Source of the DNA: Nitrosopumilaceae archaeon
GTDB lineage: Archaea; Thermoproteota; Nitrososphaeria; Nitrososphaerales; Nitrosopumilaceae
Length of the DNA: 64,000 nt
Assembly (NCBI GenBank): GCA_965203465.1
Contig: CBDBCR010000003.1
Coordinates: 416,001 to 480,000 of the forward strand
Direction of reading: 5' to 3'
A model generated the notes under the pieces. That model had not been told where the DNA came from. It saw only the letters and a list, made by a program, of their open reading frames with translations, and did not search any database. Position 1 is the stretch's first letter. Every line of letters begins with the position of its first letter. Positions 9,114-24,100 of the stretch are shown here, one piece after another. Both the position numbers and the translations under genes were made by a program.

Positions 9114-11273
9114 GCGTCGGGGCAGCCGTCGGCGTCCTCGACGCCGTCGTAGTCTTCCGGCTCGGCCGGGCAGGCGTCGAGGTCGTTGAGTATCCCGTCG
9201 AGGTCGGTGTCGTGGACGAACCGCGACTGCTCGGGGAACGAGTCGGGGCAGCCGTCCTGATCGAGGTACTTGTTCCACGTCTCGGGGCTGTTGGGGCACG
9301 AATCCTCCGAATCGGCAAAGCCGTCCAGGTCCGCGTCGGGGTACCCGGCCGCCTCGGCGCCGTCGGGGATCTGGTCGGGGCAGCCGTCCCAGTCGAGGTA
9401 CCCGTTGGGCGTCTCCGATCTGGAGGGGCACGCGTCGCGCCTGTCGTCGACGCCGTCGCCGTCGCCGTCCGAGTCGGGCTGCCCGAACCCGGCAAATCCG
9501 GACGTTACGGAGTCGGGGCAGCCGTCCGAATCCAAGTAGCGGTTGTACGTCTCGGGTTCGGCGGGGCACCTGTCCGCGTCGTCGCGCACGCCGTCCGAAT
9601 CAGAGTCGGGCGCGTCGGACGTGCCGTCCGGGCAGCCGTCCGTATCCCGGTAGCCGTTGTACGTCTCGGGCTGCGAGGGGCACGCGTCGCGCCTGTCGAG
9701 TATCCCGTCAGAGTCCGAGTCGCCCGGCGTGGCCTCTTCCGAGACGGTGTCGGGGCAGCCGTCCGAATCCAGATACATGTTGAACGTCTCGCCGGCGAGC
9801 GGGCAGGCGTCGAGGTCGTCGGCAAAGCCGTCGCCGTCAGAATCGCCCACGAACCCGTACTGGACAGAGTCGGGGCAGCCGTCCGAATCCCGGTAGCCGT
9901 TGTAGCGCTCCGGCTCGGTCGGGCACGCGTCGGCCGAATCCGGTATGGCGTCGTAGTCCGAGTCTGCCAGCTGGGTCGCGTCTTTTGCCGGCGTCTCTGG
10001 GCAGCCGTCCCGATCGAGGTACCCGTCGATGTTCTCGGCCACGCCGGGGCAAGAGTCGAACCTGTCGATTATGCCGTCGCCGTCAGAATCGGGAAACTCG
10101 AAGACGGGGCGGTCCCGGAGCGTGGAATCCGGGCAGCCGTCCGAATCCATGTACCTGTTGTAGGTCTCGGGCTCGTCGGGGCACCGGTCGGCCGAATCTG
10201 GTACGGCGTCCGAATCAGAGTCGGCCTCGCCCATACCCGCGTCCGGGCAGCCGTCCGTGTCCTGTATCCCGTTGAACGTCTCTGGCTGCGTGGGGCAGCG
10301 GTCGGCCAGGTCGATGTACCCGTCGCCGTCCGAATCCTGCACGCCGCCGCCGGCCCTGCCTGCAAAGTCGGGGCAGCCGTCCGTATCGAGGTACATGTTG
10401 TAGGTCTCGGGCGAAAAGAGGCACGCGTCCTGGTCGTCGGGGACGCCGTCGGCGTCAAGATCCCCCACGAACTCGTACTCTGCAGAGTCGGGGCAGCCGT
10501 CGGCGTCCTGGTAGCGGTTGTAGTTTTCCGGCTCTTGCGGGCACTCGTCGGAGGCGTCGGGTATCCCGTCGCCGTCTTCGTCCGGTATGCCGTCGCCGTC
10601 GCGCGCCGGCGTCTCGGGGCAGCCGTCCCGATCTAGGTAGCCGTCGAAGTTTTCGGCCTCGTCGGGGCACGCGTCTAGCCGGTCGATTATGCCGTCGAGA
10701 TCAGAGTCCGGAAACTGGAAGGAAGAGCCCCCGCTGGGCGCCGAATCCGGGCAGCCGTCGGCGTCCTGGTAGCGGTTGTACGTTTCCGGTTCGGCGGGGC
10801 ACCTGTCCGCGTCGTCGCGCACGCCGTCCGAATCAGAGTCGGGCGCGTCGGACGTGCTGTCCGGGCAGCCGTCCGTGTCCCGGTACCCGTTGTACGTCTC
10901 CGGGGCAGAGGGGCACGCGTCGCGCACGTCCATCACAGAGTCCCCGTCGGCGTCGGTGTTGGCCGGCCCGCCCGACGGCGAGACGTCCGGGCAGCCGTCC
11001 GTGTCCTGGTAGCGGTTGTACGTCTCGCGCACAGTCGGGCACGAATCGAGGTGATCCTGTATCCCGTCGTAGTCGGCGTCGTACCACGGGACGAAGCCTG
11101 CCGGGCAGCCGTCTATCGTCCCGTACTGCGGATCGTAGTCTTCCGCCAGGCGCGGGCACAGGTCGGCCGAATCCGGCACCCCGTCCGAATCGATGTCGGG
11201 CGCCTGCGCGTACGCGGTCCCCGACCCGACCGCCGCAGCTATGAGCGCCAGCAGGCACGCCGCGCGCGCGCCG

Positions 11274-11281
<8 letters not shown>
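9110..11281 (-). CDS. Secreted thrombospondin type-3 (Ca-binding) repeat protein B
   Basis: Signal peptide MPDGARAACLLALIAAAVGSGTAYA, then tandem DxDxDGxxDxxDxCPxxxExYNxYxDxDGCPD repeats. Confidence 0.9.
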
Positions 11282-13700
<2,419 letters not shown>

Positions 13701-13741
13701 TATGCGGCCTGTCTGCCAGACGGGCGTTATTAAACCTCGCG

Positions 13742-14395
13742 TTAAATTGGTCTGCGTTCCGGCGAGTGGCGGCCGGGGAGCCGGCCGGCCGCGCGATCGC
13801 TCCCGCCCGGAGGCGATCCCGGGGCGCGCGGGCGCCGGGCCGGCGGCTCGAACAGCCGCTCTGCGAGCTTGCGCATCGCCGCGCCCCGGTGGGAAGCCGA
13901 ATCCTTGTCCTCCATCTGTGCGAAGGTGAGCTGGCCGCCGCGCGGCACGAATACGGGATCGTAGCCCCACCCCTCGCCGCGCGCCTCGCGCGCTATGGAG
14001 CCGGGCGCCGAGACGTTGAGCGACTTTAGCCGCACGCCGGGCCCGCCCGGCCGGTACCAGACCGAGGCGTGGAACCGGGCCAGCCTGCGGCGCCCCTCCA
14101 GCAGCCGCAGTATCCCGTCCAGCCCGATCGTCTCGAGCACGTACGAAGAGTACGTGCCCGGAAACCGGTTCAGCGACGCTATCTCCAGCGCGTCGTCCTC
14201 GACGAAGAACGGCCCGTCGCAGAGTGGCTCTGCCGAGCGCGCCTTGTGCCCGGCTATCATGCTCGTGCTGTCCGTCTGCAGCTCCGCCAGCGACACCGAC
14301 AGCATGCGCACGCCCACGCCGAGGCCGCCCAGTATCCTGCGCGCTTCTTCGTACTTGTGCCCGTTGGACGTCACGAACGTGATCTCAAACGACAT
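13742..14395 (-). CDS. rdgB: Non-canonical purine NTP pyrophosphatase (Ham1/RdgB family)
   Basis: FVTSNxHK, VEDD.L, FPG.YS, GWGYDPVF and K...SHRG motifs. Confidence 0.92.
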   Translation of the reverse strand: MSFEITFVTSNGHKYEEARRILGGLGVGVRMLSVSLAELQTDSTSMIAGHKARSAEPLCDGPFFVEDDALEIASLNRFPGTYSSYVLETIGLDGILRLLEGRRRLARFHASVWYRPGGPGVRLKSLNVSAPGSIAREARGEGWGYDPVFVPRGGQLTFAQMEDKDSASHRGAAMRKLAERLFEPPARRPRAPGSPPGGSDRAAGRLPGRHSPERRPI

Positions 14396-14999
14396 CGGCG
14401 TACCTCCCGCGCGCCTCTATGTCCGAGACCGTGCGCAGCGCCTCGGCGGTCTTTTCGGCGCCCGCGCGCGAGCGGTACCCCGAGACGAACGCGCGCCACG
14501 CGCAGTCCATGTCCGCCGCGTGCGCGCTGCCGAGCACCTCCTTGAAGAGGCGCATGTCCACGGCGTGGTCTTCGGGCCTGTGCGTGAACGAGGCCAGCCC
14601 GAAATCGACGACGAACAGCAGGCCTTTTGACACGATCAGGTTCGACGTGGTCAGGTCCCCGTGCGCCATGCCGCCCGAATGCAGCGCGGCCGCCATGGCG
14701 CCGGCCTGCCGGCACCCGCGCGCGAGCTCTTTCCCGCGCGATCCTGCCAGCGTCGCGCCGCGCAGGCGCTGCATCAGTATCTCGCATCTTTTCTGGTCCA
14801 CCGCGTACACCAGCGGCGTGCGCACGCCCAGCGAGCGGGCGCGAGCGAGCGCCTGCGCCTCGCGGACGGTGCGCTGGCGGCGCAGGCGCGCGTCGAGCTC
14901 GGGGTGCCTGTACTTTTTCCGGGGGCGCGCCTTTAGCAGCGCGGGCCTTCCGTCCCACATGGCCTCGTGCAGATCCGCCTCGGCGCCGCGCCGGTACAC
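14385..14999 (-). CDS. bud32: KEOPS complex kinase/ATPase Bud32
   Basis: RGAEA, K.YRHPELD, HGDLTTSN, DFGL, AVD motifs. GTG 14999 lies 29 nt after TAATATAT. Confidence 0.9.
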   Translation of the reverse strand: MYRRGAEADLHEAMWDGRPALLKARPRKKYRHPELDARLRRQRTVREAQALARARSLGVRTPLVYAVDQKRCEILMQRLRGATLAGSRGKELARGCRQAGAMAAALHSGGMAHGDLTTSNLIVSKGLLFVVDFGLASFTHRPEDHAVDMRLFKEVLGSAHAADMDCAWRAFVSGYRSRAGAEKTAEALRTVSDIEARGRYADVV

Positions 15000-15103
15000 G
15001 GGGCGCGCCGGGGCGCGGCCATATATTACGACAGCGATCGGGCCCGCGCGCCCGCGGCGAATCTTTTCCGCCCCGGGGCGTTTTCGCAAAGCGGCGCGCG
15101 GGC

Positions 15104-18100
15104 CTATTCGGGCCGGTCCATCTGCCCGTACCTGTCCAAAAAGATCCGCTCGGCGCGCTCGCGCTCGGACTGCAGGCTCTCCTGGAGCCGCTCCATCCTG
15201 TCGATGGCCGCGTGGACCGACTGCTCCGATTCTTCAAAGCCCTCGTGCCAGCCCTGCCTCCCGAGGTTCATCCTCTCGAGGACCGCCTTGGCCAGCTCTA
15301 TCTGCTCCTCCAGCATGCCGGCGAATTCGGGGTCCGACCTGTCGTAGCCCTGCATGGGGGTCCCGCGGTACGTGTACATCGACTCGTCTATGCTGTGGAA
15401 CAGCGACGAAATGTTGCGCAGCGGCTCGTATAGGCCGCCCGGCGAGAGCCGGTACAACGCGCCGTCCTCGCCGGCCATGACCTCGACGTTGTTGGAGCCC
15501 TCCGCTATGGGGTGCAGTACCAGGGAGCCCCCGTTGACGGCCACGCCGGGCACCGGGTTCATGGATTCGCCGGTTATCCGCAGGCCGTGGTTGAAGTAGT
15601 TCTGCCACGAGTTGCGCTGCGAATCCCACACGTCGGTGCCCACGATGTCGAATTCCAGCGGGGCGCGGAACGAGTGGTTTACTGTCACGGACAGGCACTC
15701 CAGGGCCGAGCCGGCGGCGCACTCGACCACCTCGTGCGAGGCCGACGGGGAATCGCCTATGGCGTTCTCCGGGTCTATGACCGAAAGGGCGCCGGTGCCG
15801 TCGTGCAGAATGTCGTAGTTTATGACGGCCTTGCTCTCCGATATGACCTCGCCGGAGCGCAGGCCGAACGCTATCGAGACGCGCTGTACGTTCTGCGGCC
15901 CCTCGTTCTCGTATATCTTTAGGGAGACGGTGTTTTGCTTTCCCACCTCGGATTCGATGAGCGGGTACGGGGTGAAAAAGTATTCCACGTCCGAGGCAAG
16001 GCCGTTGTAGGCAAAGCCGCCGTCCACCAGCCTGGCCCCGTACGCGTCGTAGCCGAGCGTCGGCGGGGTGCAGTCGTCGCATTCCGAGCCGCCCGAGACG
16101 CGGTAGGCCACGCCGAACACCGAAAAGTGCAGCGTCCAGACCGAGTCTTCCGAGACGCACGCGAGCGGATCGTAGGTCTCCGGCGGCCACAGGTCCGGCG
16201 CCTCCTGCAGCAGGGGCACGGCGCCCCCGTAGCCTTCGGCGCACGCGGGTATCGGCAGCACGTCTCCTGCCGCGTTTACGGTAAAGACCAGCCCCGAGAG
16301 CGGCACGTCGAATTCGATGCGGACCGGCTTGCTGAACGCTATATCGGATACGGGGCTGCCCACCAGCACCGCGGTCGCCGGGTTGCGCAATTCCGGGTAC
16401 GCGTCCAGCGCGGGCGAGCCTGACGGCACCTCGTAGTCGGACGGGGAGACCAGCACCGCCGCCTCCAGGCTGACGTCTGCCACAGTCAGCCCGGCAAGGC
16501 CTCCCACCTCTGTCCCGGCCTGGAAGAACAGGTCGGGCAGGCCCGGCTCGCGCGTGATCACGCTGAGCGGGTTTTCCAACTCGGCCGTCCGGCCGCCGGC
16601 GGACAGCACCCTCGGGTCGGTGGCCGAGGCCGAAGACAGATCCAGCGCCGGCTCTATGCCGGCCGGAACGGTGACGGTCCGCAGGGTGGTGCCCTTTGCT
16701 ATCGGCAGCACGCCGGTCGGGCCCGGCGAGGCCGCATCCGAGGACGCGCCTGCGCTGACCGGGCCCGACGGGCCGGGGTTGCCGGCGATGTCGCGCACTG
16801 CCAGGCCGCGCAGTATTGCGGACGGGGGCACCTCTCCCGCGCCGTCCCAGTACACCAGTATAGTTTCGCTGCCCGACCCGGAGACCGATGCCGCATACGT
16901 GACGGAGCTGACCTCGACCGAGGCGCCCGAGGCGCCGGCCAGCACGGGCTCGGAGTACCGGATCGTGGCCGAATCCGTGCCGCTCGCCGAGGCCGAGAGT
17001 ATCTCCGGCGGCACCGTGTCCACCGAGACGTTGGGGCCGGTCAGATCCCTCTCCGTGAACGAGGCCGGCGTGCCGGTCCTCGATTCTACTGTCAGCGAGA
17101 CGGACAGCGGGCCCTGTGGCGAGCCGGGCGGCACGGCGTACGAGGCCGTGAAGCCGTTCTCGGCAGGCATCACGGGTACCGAGTCCCCGTTTATCGACAG
17201 CGCCGGGTTTTGCACCTGTTCGGTCGCCCTGAACGATATAGATATCTGCTCGCCTGCCACGGCCAGGCCGCCCGAGGCCGACACCGTGAATTGGGATATC
17301 GCGACGCGCACGATGTTGTTCACCGACTGCACGGATCCCGAGTTTTGCGTATTGCCGAACAGGTCCGAGACGGGGCCGGCCAGCGAGACTGTCGGCGCGG
17401 AGCGCTCGTCGTATTCCGCGTCCAGTTTCAGCGTTACGGTCCCGCGCTCTTCCGATGCGGATACGGGCACCAGGCCGCCCACGTCAAAGTCCGACGGCGC
17501 CACCGTCGAGCCGTCCAGATCCTCGTGGAATATGGCGAGCACCGTGTCCGGCGATATCACGCTGGCAGAGACCAGCCTCGGAGGCGAGTCGTCTCCGATG
17601 GCAAGCTCTACGTCGGCCTGCGGGGCCGCGTTGCCCGACGTGTCCTCGAACTGCGCGCCGCGCGTCTCGAGGCGCAGGCTGGCAGATATGCTGTCCAGCA
17701 CCGCGTTCAGCGTGGACCGATCCACCTGCACGCGCACCTTGACCCCGTCCAAAGACACCGTGCCCGAGACGGGGATCTCTTGCGCGCCGCCCGTGACGCG
17801 GACGTGCGGGAGCTGCGCGCTAAACGCCGATGCGTCCATGGTCTCGTCGAATTCGAGCACTAGGACGGAGGTGTCTGTGTTGAGCGCGGCGGTGACCAGC
17901 CCCGGCCTGTCGTCGTCAGGCACCGTCCGCAGCGGCAGCGTGGCCGGCGCGCTGCCCGTCCCCGAGACGTCCCGAAACGCGCCCGCGCCCAATACCAGCG
18001 AGGGCGAGGGCTGCCCTATGGCGGCCTGCCTCTGCTGCTCGGTGAGCGTGACCGTCGCCGTGGAGCCCGATACCGAGACTTGGGCTCCGGCCAGGGAGCC

Positions 18101-21100
18101 GGATATGGAGAGCGGCGACGGATCCGCGGCCGGGCCCAGGTTCTCGTCGAACGATATTACCAAGATGCCGGTGCCCAGATCCAGGAAAGCCGAGCCGGCG
18201 ACGGGCGGCACCGCGTCTGCCGTCGCCGACACCCGCACGTCGGCCGCCTCCGAGGAGAGCCCGGCGCCGTCGGCCGCCGCGCCGGCGTCCATGCGCAGCG
18301 ACGGGGTCTCGAAGGCGACGGCCTGCTGGCGCTGCGCCTCGGAGAGGGTGAACGAAAGCACCGTTCCGGATGCGGACGGCAGCGGTATGCCGCCGGCCGA
18401 GCCGGACTCGCGCAGGTGCAGGCCGGAGGTAACCGTCACCCGCTCGGTGAACGTGACGGTCAACACCCCGGTGCCCTCGTTGAGCGCCGCGCCGTCTATG
18501 CGGGGTTTGAGGCCGTCCGATACCGGCACGGTCTGATCTGTCATCTGCTTGCCCGCCGAGTCTGCTATGTCGCCCACGCTGGCGTTGTACGAAATGGAGA
18601 GATCCGGCGCCGTGTCGGGCAAGTTCCCCGAGAGCGCCAGAATTACCGTGTCCGACGAGATTCCCGGGTACCCCGAGACGGACAGCCCCGTCGCGTCCGT
18701 CCCGGAAAGCGTCCAAGTGGTGCCCGCGTCGGTGGCAGAGCCCGCCGAATTCCGGGTGAGCGTGACCGTTATGGAATTGTCGGTTCCTGCCACAGCCGAG
18801 TCGATGCTCGGGCGCTGCTCGTCCGAGACGGCAGCGTTCGAGACCGAGGCCAGCACGTTGCCGGCCGAATCCGAGACGGTGCCGGCCGCCGAGTACGATA
18901 TCTTTAGATCCGCCACGTTGGCCGCAAAGTCCGCGCCGACCGCGATCGTCATCGTGCCCGAGTTGGACAGGGCAGAGACCGACGATACGGCCTGCGCGTC
19001 GGCGCCCGAGAGCGTCCAGTGCGATTTGTCGTTGTCCGAGCTGCTCACCTGCTCGCTGAACGCGACCAGTACCGTCCGGGAGTCGGTGACGCCGGCCGAG
19101 AACGTGGGCGCCTGGCCGTCCGTCAAATTCCGCTGCACCGAAGACGTGCCCAGGTTCAGGACGCCGTCGGATATTTTCGACTGGTCTATCGTCAGGGTGC
19201 CGGCGGCCCCGGTTCCGGCCGCCGGGCCGCCGAAGACCAGCACGTGCGCGGCGGCCGAGGTCTGGGTGTACGAGGTTATGGAGCGGGCCGTGCCCACGGT
19301 CAGGCCCGAGTACGCCCCTGCCGACGCGGTGACCGGCTCGCTGTACGTTATCGTGGCCCGGTTGGGCCCGGTTATTTTCGCCGAGGAGATCGTCGGGGGC
19401 AGGTTCTGCGAGACCGACACGGACTGGGCGGCGAGGGCGTTGCTAGAGCCGTCCCGGATATCCCCTGCGCTCGCTACGTAGGCGAGTTCTACGACGCCGA
19501 TCGGCGTGCTGAGGTTGCCGCTCAGCGTCAGCACGGTGCTGGAGGACGATATGGCCGGGTTGCCGCTGACCGTCACGCCGGCGGGCAGCCCGGAGCCCGA
19601 GAGCTGCCAGGTGGCCGAGGCGCCCGTGGAAGTGGCGCTGACCGCCTCGCTGAATGTGACGGTGATCTCGTTGAGAGCTCGCGACTCTGCCGAGACTATC
19701 GTGGGGGCGATGCCGTCCGACGGGCTAGCAGAGTAGGAGGCGAGCGCGTTGCCGCCGACGTCCTCGAGGTTGCCGCTTGACGCGTACGAGAGCGTGAAAT
19801 CAAGATTGGTCTTGTCCGCCAAGTTGTTGTCGAGCGTAAGCGTTGCCGTCGGGGCGGAATCCGAAGTCGGAAATCCGGCCGCCGCCGAGGCCCCCGTCGC
19901 GTCGCCCCTGTCGGTGCCCGAGACGTGCCAGCCGGACGGCACGGAACCGGAGGCGAGCCGGACCGGCTCGCTGAACGTGACTTCCACCGAGGTGCGCGAG
20001 ACGTATTTCGAAGACGAGACCGTCGGCGCGACGCCGTCCGACACGGTGGCGGTCGCCGGCTCCATGGCGTTGGACGAGGGATCCTGTATCGTTCCGGATC
20101 CCGAGCCGGCATCGCCTGGCACGTCGGTACCCGACGTCTCGTAGCGCAGTACCACGCCGTCGGGCCTGGTGTCTGCCAAGTCGGAGCTGAGCGTCAGTAC
20201 CACGGAGCTGCCCTCCGATACGGGGGTGCTCGAGTCGACCGTGTGGCTGGGCGCGTCGGTGCCCGATATGGACCAGCCTTGGCCGGTCTCGTCCGATACC
20301 GAGAGGTCTTCGCTGAACGTGACCGTTATCTCGTCGGGGGCCGTCGCCTTTGCGGTGAAGGTCGGGGCTATGCCGTCGCCTGCCGCAGTCGCCGGACGGG
20401 CCGCAAGGGCGTTGCCCGCCATGTCCTCTATGTTGCCGCCCGAGTACGCCACGTTGATCCTCGGCTTGGTGCTGTCCGCGATGTCGCCGTCCAGCGTCAG
20501 TGTTGCAGAATAGGCGACGCTGCCCGTCGTGATTCCCGATATGGACGATACCTGCCTGCTTTCCGCGTCGGCGCCCGATATCGTCCAGCCGAACGGCGCC
20601 GTGCCTGTATTTGCCAGCCCGACGCGCTCGGAAAACTGCACTTCTATGGTATTGCGCGAGGCGACCGTGGCGGACGAGACGGACGGGGCCGTCGCGTCCT
20701 TTGCTACGTCCATGGTGGCCGCCTCCGTCTCCCGGGACGGCCCGGCGCTGAAAGCTGCGGACTGGAGCACCAGTTCGGGCTGCGTCATGGACTGGACGCC
20801 GTCCAGATTCGTTCCCAGATCCACCAGTATCGTAGAATCGGAGGCGCCGGCCGTCAGGGTGGAGTTTGCCAGCTCCACCACGGGCGACGTGGTGCCCTTT
20901 TCGCGCACCGACGCCTTTGTCAGGTCGGACAGCTCCACGTCCATGTCCACGTCGAAACCCAGCACCAGCATGCCGTCGCCGATCCGGGCCGACTGCAGCT
21001 GGGGTATAGATATCTCCTGGTACCCCACCGTCTTTTCGTACACGTACCCCGCGCCGGAGCCTACGTGACCGCAGGTGACGCCAGCAGTGCAGCTCCACGA

Positions 21101-24100
21101 AGACGGATGGTATTCGACGCGCACCGTCGTGTCCTTCGTCCTGTCCAATACCGAGACGTCGAACGCGGCGGTCGCGATCAGCGTGTTGAACGGGTGCGTG
21201 CCGCCTACAAGCGCGGTGCTGCCGGACTCCCGCTTGTCGGCCACCACCGCCCCGTCCTGTATGAGGAATACGTGCCCCGTCCAGGCGCTGGAGCCCGGAC
21301 GCGACTGGTACCCCTCGCCGCTCTCGCCGTCGTCGGCCGTCACCGCGAACCGGTCGTTGGCGCCCAGCGCCGCGGTGAAGGACTTGCGGGGCTCAAAGCT
21401 CGTCAGCGAGGTGCTGGTGCTGGTCCTGTACTCTACGCTGTACATGCCGGCGGCGTTGGAGGCGCCGCCCGGCTCTTCCCACGCGCCCGCGCGCGCCTCC
21501 ATCCTGTACCCCGAGACCAGCCTGATTATCCCGTCGAACTCGTTCTCTATATCGGTAAGGGACGATTGCCCGGTGGCGTTATTTTTTATGCCGATGGTGA
21601 CATCGTTGCCCGAAAAAGTCGGGGCCAGCGACAGGTCCACCGAGCCGCGCGTCTTTTGCGGGGTGCTGTTGGTCACGAATATCTTGGTGGGATCGAAACT
21701 GGCCTGGTCGACGGGCCCGTCGAACGACAGTACGAGCCGCGGGTTGTCGAACTGCATGTCCAGTACCGCCGAGGAAATGTCCGACGTCTGGCCGTCGGCC
21801 AAGTTGCGCGAAAGGGACGCGCTGGTGCCCAGCGCGTTGCCTGCCGCGTCCTGTATCTGCGTGGCGTCCAGCGTCACGGAGCCGGTCGCGTCCGAGCCGG
21901 CAGCCGCCCCGGAGAACGTCAGGGTGTGCGTGTCGGTGGTGCCGCCGGACAGCGTCGATATGGTGCGCGCGGTCCCTACCAAGGCGGACGCATAGTCGGA
22001 CTGGGCCGCCGTGACCGCCTCGCTGTACGTTATGGTTATCTCGTTGGGGCCCGTTATCCGGGCGGACGTTATCTCGGGCTTTATGCCGTCCGATACCGCG
22101 ATGTTCGAGCGCGCTGCCAGCGCGTTGTTCGAGGTGTCCGCGACCGCCCCGGAGCCCGAGCCGGCGTCGGATCCCACGTCCGTGCCAGATATTTCGTAGC
22201 GCAGCGCGATGTCCGGATTCGTGTCGGGCAGGTTCCCCGAGAGCGTCAATACCACCTCGGTCGCGCCCGACGAGATGTCCGAGTTTTGGGTCACATGCAG
22301 AGTTCCCGCGTCGGTCCCCGATACGGACCAGCCCTCGCCGCCCGTGTGTGTTGTCTTGGCCTTTTCGCTGAAAGTCACCGTTATCTTGTTCAGCGCCGTA
22401 GCCTCTGCGGACACGATCGTGGGGGCCACGCCGTCGGGCGTGAGGCCGATCACCGTGCCGTCCGTGTTTGCCGCGATGGCGTTGGGCGGCACGCCGCTGT
22501 TTGTCATAGTTATGGCGTCGTTTATGGCGCCGGCCGCGACGTACAGGTGCGGGGCGGTCATGGCGATGGCGCCCTGCCTGCTGTCCTCGGTCAGCTCGAA
22601 CTTGAACTCGGCGCCGTCCTGCTGCCCCGACTGGATCTCCGCGGTGGACAGTACTACCTCGCCTGCGAGGTTGTCCGTCGCGCTGGCGCCGTCGCGCAGC
22701 TCGAACTGCGCGCCGTTCGCGCTGGAGACGTCGACGGTCTCGTCGAACGTGATGGTCAATATTCCGGTGCCCTCGTCTAGCGCTACAGAAGAGACCTCCG
22801 GGGGCGAGGTGTCGAAGGTCTGGTCCATGTCGGTGCCGTCCGCGTCGGCATCGTTGGCGTTGGGCGCCCTGCCGCTGTTGGCCATCGTTATGGCGTCGTT
22901 TATGGCGCCGGCCACCGCGTACAGGTGCGGATCGGCCAAGGCGATGACGCCCTGGCGGCTGGTCTCGCTGAGCTTGAACTTTAGCTCCAGCCCGTCCGAC
23001 TGCCCCGGCTGGATCTCCGCGGTGGACAGTACTACCTCGCCGGCGAGGTTGTCCGTCGCGCTTGCGCCGTCGCGTATCTCGAACTTTGCTCCGTCCGCGC
23101 TGGAGACGTCGACGGTCTCGTCGAACGTGACGGTCAGTATTCCGGTATCCTCGTGCATGTCCGCAGACGAGACTGACGGGGCGTCGTCGTCGAAGGTCTG
23201 CGAGATGTCGGTGCCGGCGGCCTTTGCAGCTATGGAGTTGGCCGTCGGCGTGGCCGTGTCGGTTATGGCGCCGGCGGCGATGTACATGTGCGGATCGCTC
23301 AAAGATATGACGGCCTGTCGGCTCGTCTCGTTTAGAACGAACTTGAACGCGGTGCCGTCCGACTGGCCCGACTGGATCTCGGCCGTGGACAGGGTCACCT
23401 CGCCGGCGGAGCCGTCGGCCGCGCTGGCGCCCCCGCGTATCTCGAACTGCGTGCCGTCGCTGGCGCTCGACACGTCTACTGTCTCGCTGAACGTGAGCGT
23501 CAGTATCCCGGTGCCCTCGTCGAGCGCGGCCGACGAGAGTGTAGGCGCGGTGGTGTCGTTTGTGGTCGACACGGCCTTGGTCACGGCGTGGAGCGGGTTG
23601 CTACTCATATCCCGTATCGCATCGACTATGACAAACCTGACGTGCAGGTCGGCGTACCCGGCCGCGGCCGTCCGCTGCCCCGAGGTCAGCGTTACCGTTA
23701 TGGACACGCCGTCGACAGACTGGACGGTCGCCCCGCTCAGCGCGGTGCCGCCCGAGGCGGCGGCGCCGTCTTGCAGGCGCACGTGCTGAAGGCGGAGGCT
23801 CGAAGCGTCCATAGCCTCGTTGAACGTGAGTGTCAGGACGCCGGTTGCGTCGTCGAGCGAGGCCGAGACGAGCGTGGGCGGCGTCCCGTCAAGGGTTCGC
23901 GTGTCCACCGTCCGGGTATCGGCGGGGTTGTTACCGCCCAGGCCGCTGACCGCCCCGGACGGCAGGCGCACGACGTTCAGCGCGGTCGCCTGAGCCAGCC
24001 CCTTTTGGCGCTGCGCATCCGTCAGGGTGAAGATCAGATTTTTGCCGGAGACGGTGGCGTCTGCCACCGAAAGCCGCACGTGCGTGGCCGCGTTGTACGT

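Noticed and set aside
7195-9569. Long track ORFs suggesting extended or fused sulfotransferase (766 aa) and GT (501 aa)
   Set aside because: The N-terminal parts are alternative frames of the upstream genes. True starts are at the ATGA/GTGA overlaps (9113, 8067).
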